Under the pieces are notes generated by a model. It was not told where the DNA came from and did no database searches. It saw only the letters and a program-made list of their open reading frames with translations. The position numbers were made by a program, and so were the translations under genes. From an uncultured Nitrospiraceae bacterium (GTDB lineage: Bacteria > Nitrospirota > Thermodesulfovibrionia > Thermodesulfovibrionales > SM23-35): DNA of 64,000 nucleotides. This document shows, in pieces, positions 62,467-64,000 of this stretch. The stretch covers positions 224,001 to 288,000 of the forward strand of contig CAVSHB010000001.1 of NCBI GenBank assembly GCA_963727775.1, given 5' to 3'. The number at the start of each line of letters is the position of its first letter. The stretch's first letter is position 1.

Positions 62467-63591
62467 ATGACGAAAAGGATTTTTACAATCGGTTTGATGT
62501 TATTAATGATATTAACATTTAGTGCGGGAGCATGGGCGGACGAGGAGAAGAAGGCAAGCAGTATCAATGTTGACGAAATAAAGAAAGCGCTCGGCCTGAG
62601 CATATATCTGCAGGGAGGATACAACTATAACTTTGCGAGCCCGGATTCAGGTGAGAACCAGTTGAGGGTGTTCGACCATAAGGCCAACAGCTTTACGCTG
62701 GACCTTGCGCAGATACAATTTGTAAAAGACCCGGCCGTAGGCGGCTTAGGCTATAAGCTGAAATTATCATTCGGTGAGACCGCTAAGTTCATCCATGCCA
62801 CGGGACTCGGCAATGCAGGCGATGAGTTTGATCTCACCGAGGCGTATATAAGTTATTCAGCGCCGTTGGGGAAAGGCCTCAGGTTTGATTTCGGAAAGAT
62901 GGCGACATATCACGGGGCTGAGGTAATTGAGGCGAGGGACAACCCTAACTATTCCCGTTCATATCTGTTCAACTTTGCAATACCATTCACCCATACAGGG
63001 CTGAAAATGAGTTATGCATTTTCCGATACCCTGAACGCGTCGGTCCATGTAGTCAACGGTTGGGACAACTTCAACGATAACAACAAGTCGAAAACCATGG
63101 GCTTATCAGTCGGCTATACCCCGGTTGAACAGCTTGCAATGATTTTTAACCTTATGTACGGACCTGAGAAGGACGATAACAACCACGACAACCGGTTTCT
63201 GTTCGACTGGGTAGGTACGATAAAGCCTGTAAAGAACCTTAGCATAATACTGAATACCGATTATGCGACAGAGCAACACACTGATCCCGACAGCGGCGGC
63301 ACGGCCAAATGGTATGGAGTATCGGCAATCGCAAAATACGACTTCAGCGACATGTACAGTTTGTCGTTGAGGGGAGAATATTTCAACGACCAGAACGGGG
63401 TGAGAACAGGTACCCCGCAGCATTTGAAAGAAGTAACGCTGACGCCGGAGATCAGGGTAGCACAGGGTTTGATCGTGAGGCCTGAGTACAGGCATGACTG
63501 GTCGAACGGAACGGTATTTGATGCACACGACATGCCGCTGAACAAGAAGCAGCAGGACACCATCGCGGTAGCGTTGATGTATACATGGTAA
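62467..63591 (+). CDS. Outer-membrane beta-barrel porin (kdp-associated)
   Basis: Signal peptide, NYSRSYLF..AIPFTHTG, VNGWD, RPEYRHDWS and an aromatic C-terminal residue. Confidence 0.85.
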   Translation: MTKRIFTIGLMLLMILTFSAGAWADEEKKASSINVDEIKKALGLSIYLQGGYNYNFASPDSGENQLRVFDHKANSFTLDLAQIQFVKDPAVGGLGYKLKLSFGETAKFIHATGLGNAGDEFDLTEAYISYSAPLGKGLRFDFGKMATYHGAEVIEARDNPNYSRSYLFNFAIPFTHTGLKMSYAFSDTLNASVHVVNGWDNFNDNNKSKTMGLSVGYTPVEQLAMIFNLMYGPEKDDNNHDNRFLFDWVGTIKPVKNLSIILNTDYATEQHTDPDSGGTAKWYGVSAIAKYDFSDMYSLSLRGEYFNDQNGVRTGTPQHLKEVTLTPEIRVAQGLIVRPEYRHDWSNGTVFDAHDMPLNKKQQDTIAVALMYTW

Positions 63592-63707
63592 CCCTTAAAG
63601 ACAGGAAGATTTGAGATGAAACGATTCAATAGCGAGTTAATGGTCGCAGTAATACCGTGCAGGAGTGAAGAAAGGAAAGGGGGTGACTAGTGAGGAAGAA
63701 CAAAGTT

Positions 63708-64000
63708 ATGTCCACAATCGATGCTCAGCGGCTTGCGCTCCGTTCACAATCAAGAAGACCAAGGACGACTTTCATTCTCTGCTGCGCACTCCTCTTCCTG
63801 GGCTTGAACATTCCTCTCACTGTTTTTGCTGCTTCCTATGTCCCTGCTCCTCTTTATCATCAACATGAGAAGCAAGAAACTACTATGGGAATCGGTGAAA
63901 CGGTTTATCTGTTTCATAGCGGTACAGATGATGTAAAGAAGACTATTCACGTTGCCGACATCCTTACCGTTCACAGAATAAACCCTTCTTGCCAAGTCAC
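63708..64000 (+). CDS. Exported hypothetical protein, truncated by the window end
   Basis: Open frame from ATG 63708 to the end, with a basic n-region, a hydrophobic stretch and a VFA cleavage-like site. Confidence 0.55.
   Translation, partial: MSTIDAQRLALRSQSRRPRTTFILCCALLFLGLNIPLTVFAASYVPAPLYHQHEKQETTMGIGETVYLFHSGTDDVKKTIHVADILTVHRINPSCQV

Overview
Bacterial chromosomal segment of an anaerobe. Gene content and protein style suggest Nitrospirota/Thermodesulfovibrionia, but this is inference. The housekeeping backbone comprises mfd, hisG, yggS-proC-yggT-divIVA-hisS, tatD, apgM, ftsH, rsmA, pdxA, ald, pstSCAB-phoU, lgt, tsaD and lolA. The window also carries an hdrA-mvhDGA-tusA-chemoreceptor cluster and a kdpFABC K+ pump operon. 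Accessory DNA lies downstream of tRNA-Ala(CGC) (about 25.1-39.4 kb). It includes a ~1,378-aa hybrid histidine kinase broken by two IS1634-type elements and a homopolymer frameshift, a third frameshifted IS, and an integrase remnant. Features missed by the ORF track: (1) a 55-aa dual-CxxC ORF with in-frame UGA and a SECIS-like hairpin (probable selenoprotein); (2) four copies of a dispersed multi-stem repeat, one with completely covaried stems around a conserved core; (3) a higBA module with integron-cassette hallmarks whose toxin is knocked out by an 86-bp MITE; (4) an mvhD that appears to start at ATA; (5) in-frame heptamer-repeat insertions in housekeeping enzymes; (6) a stand-alone KimA-like cytosolic domain and two micro-ORFs ahead of kdpA; (7) Pho and KdpE boxes; (8) many apparently leaderless genes. 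No CRISPR array or rRNA was seen.
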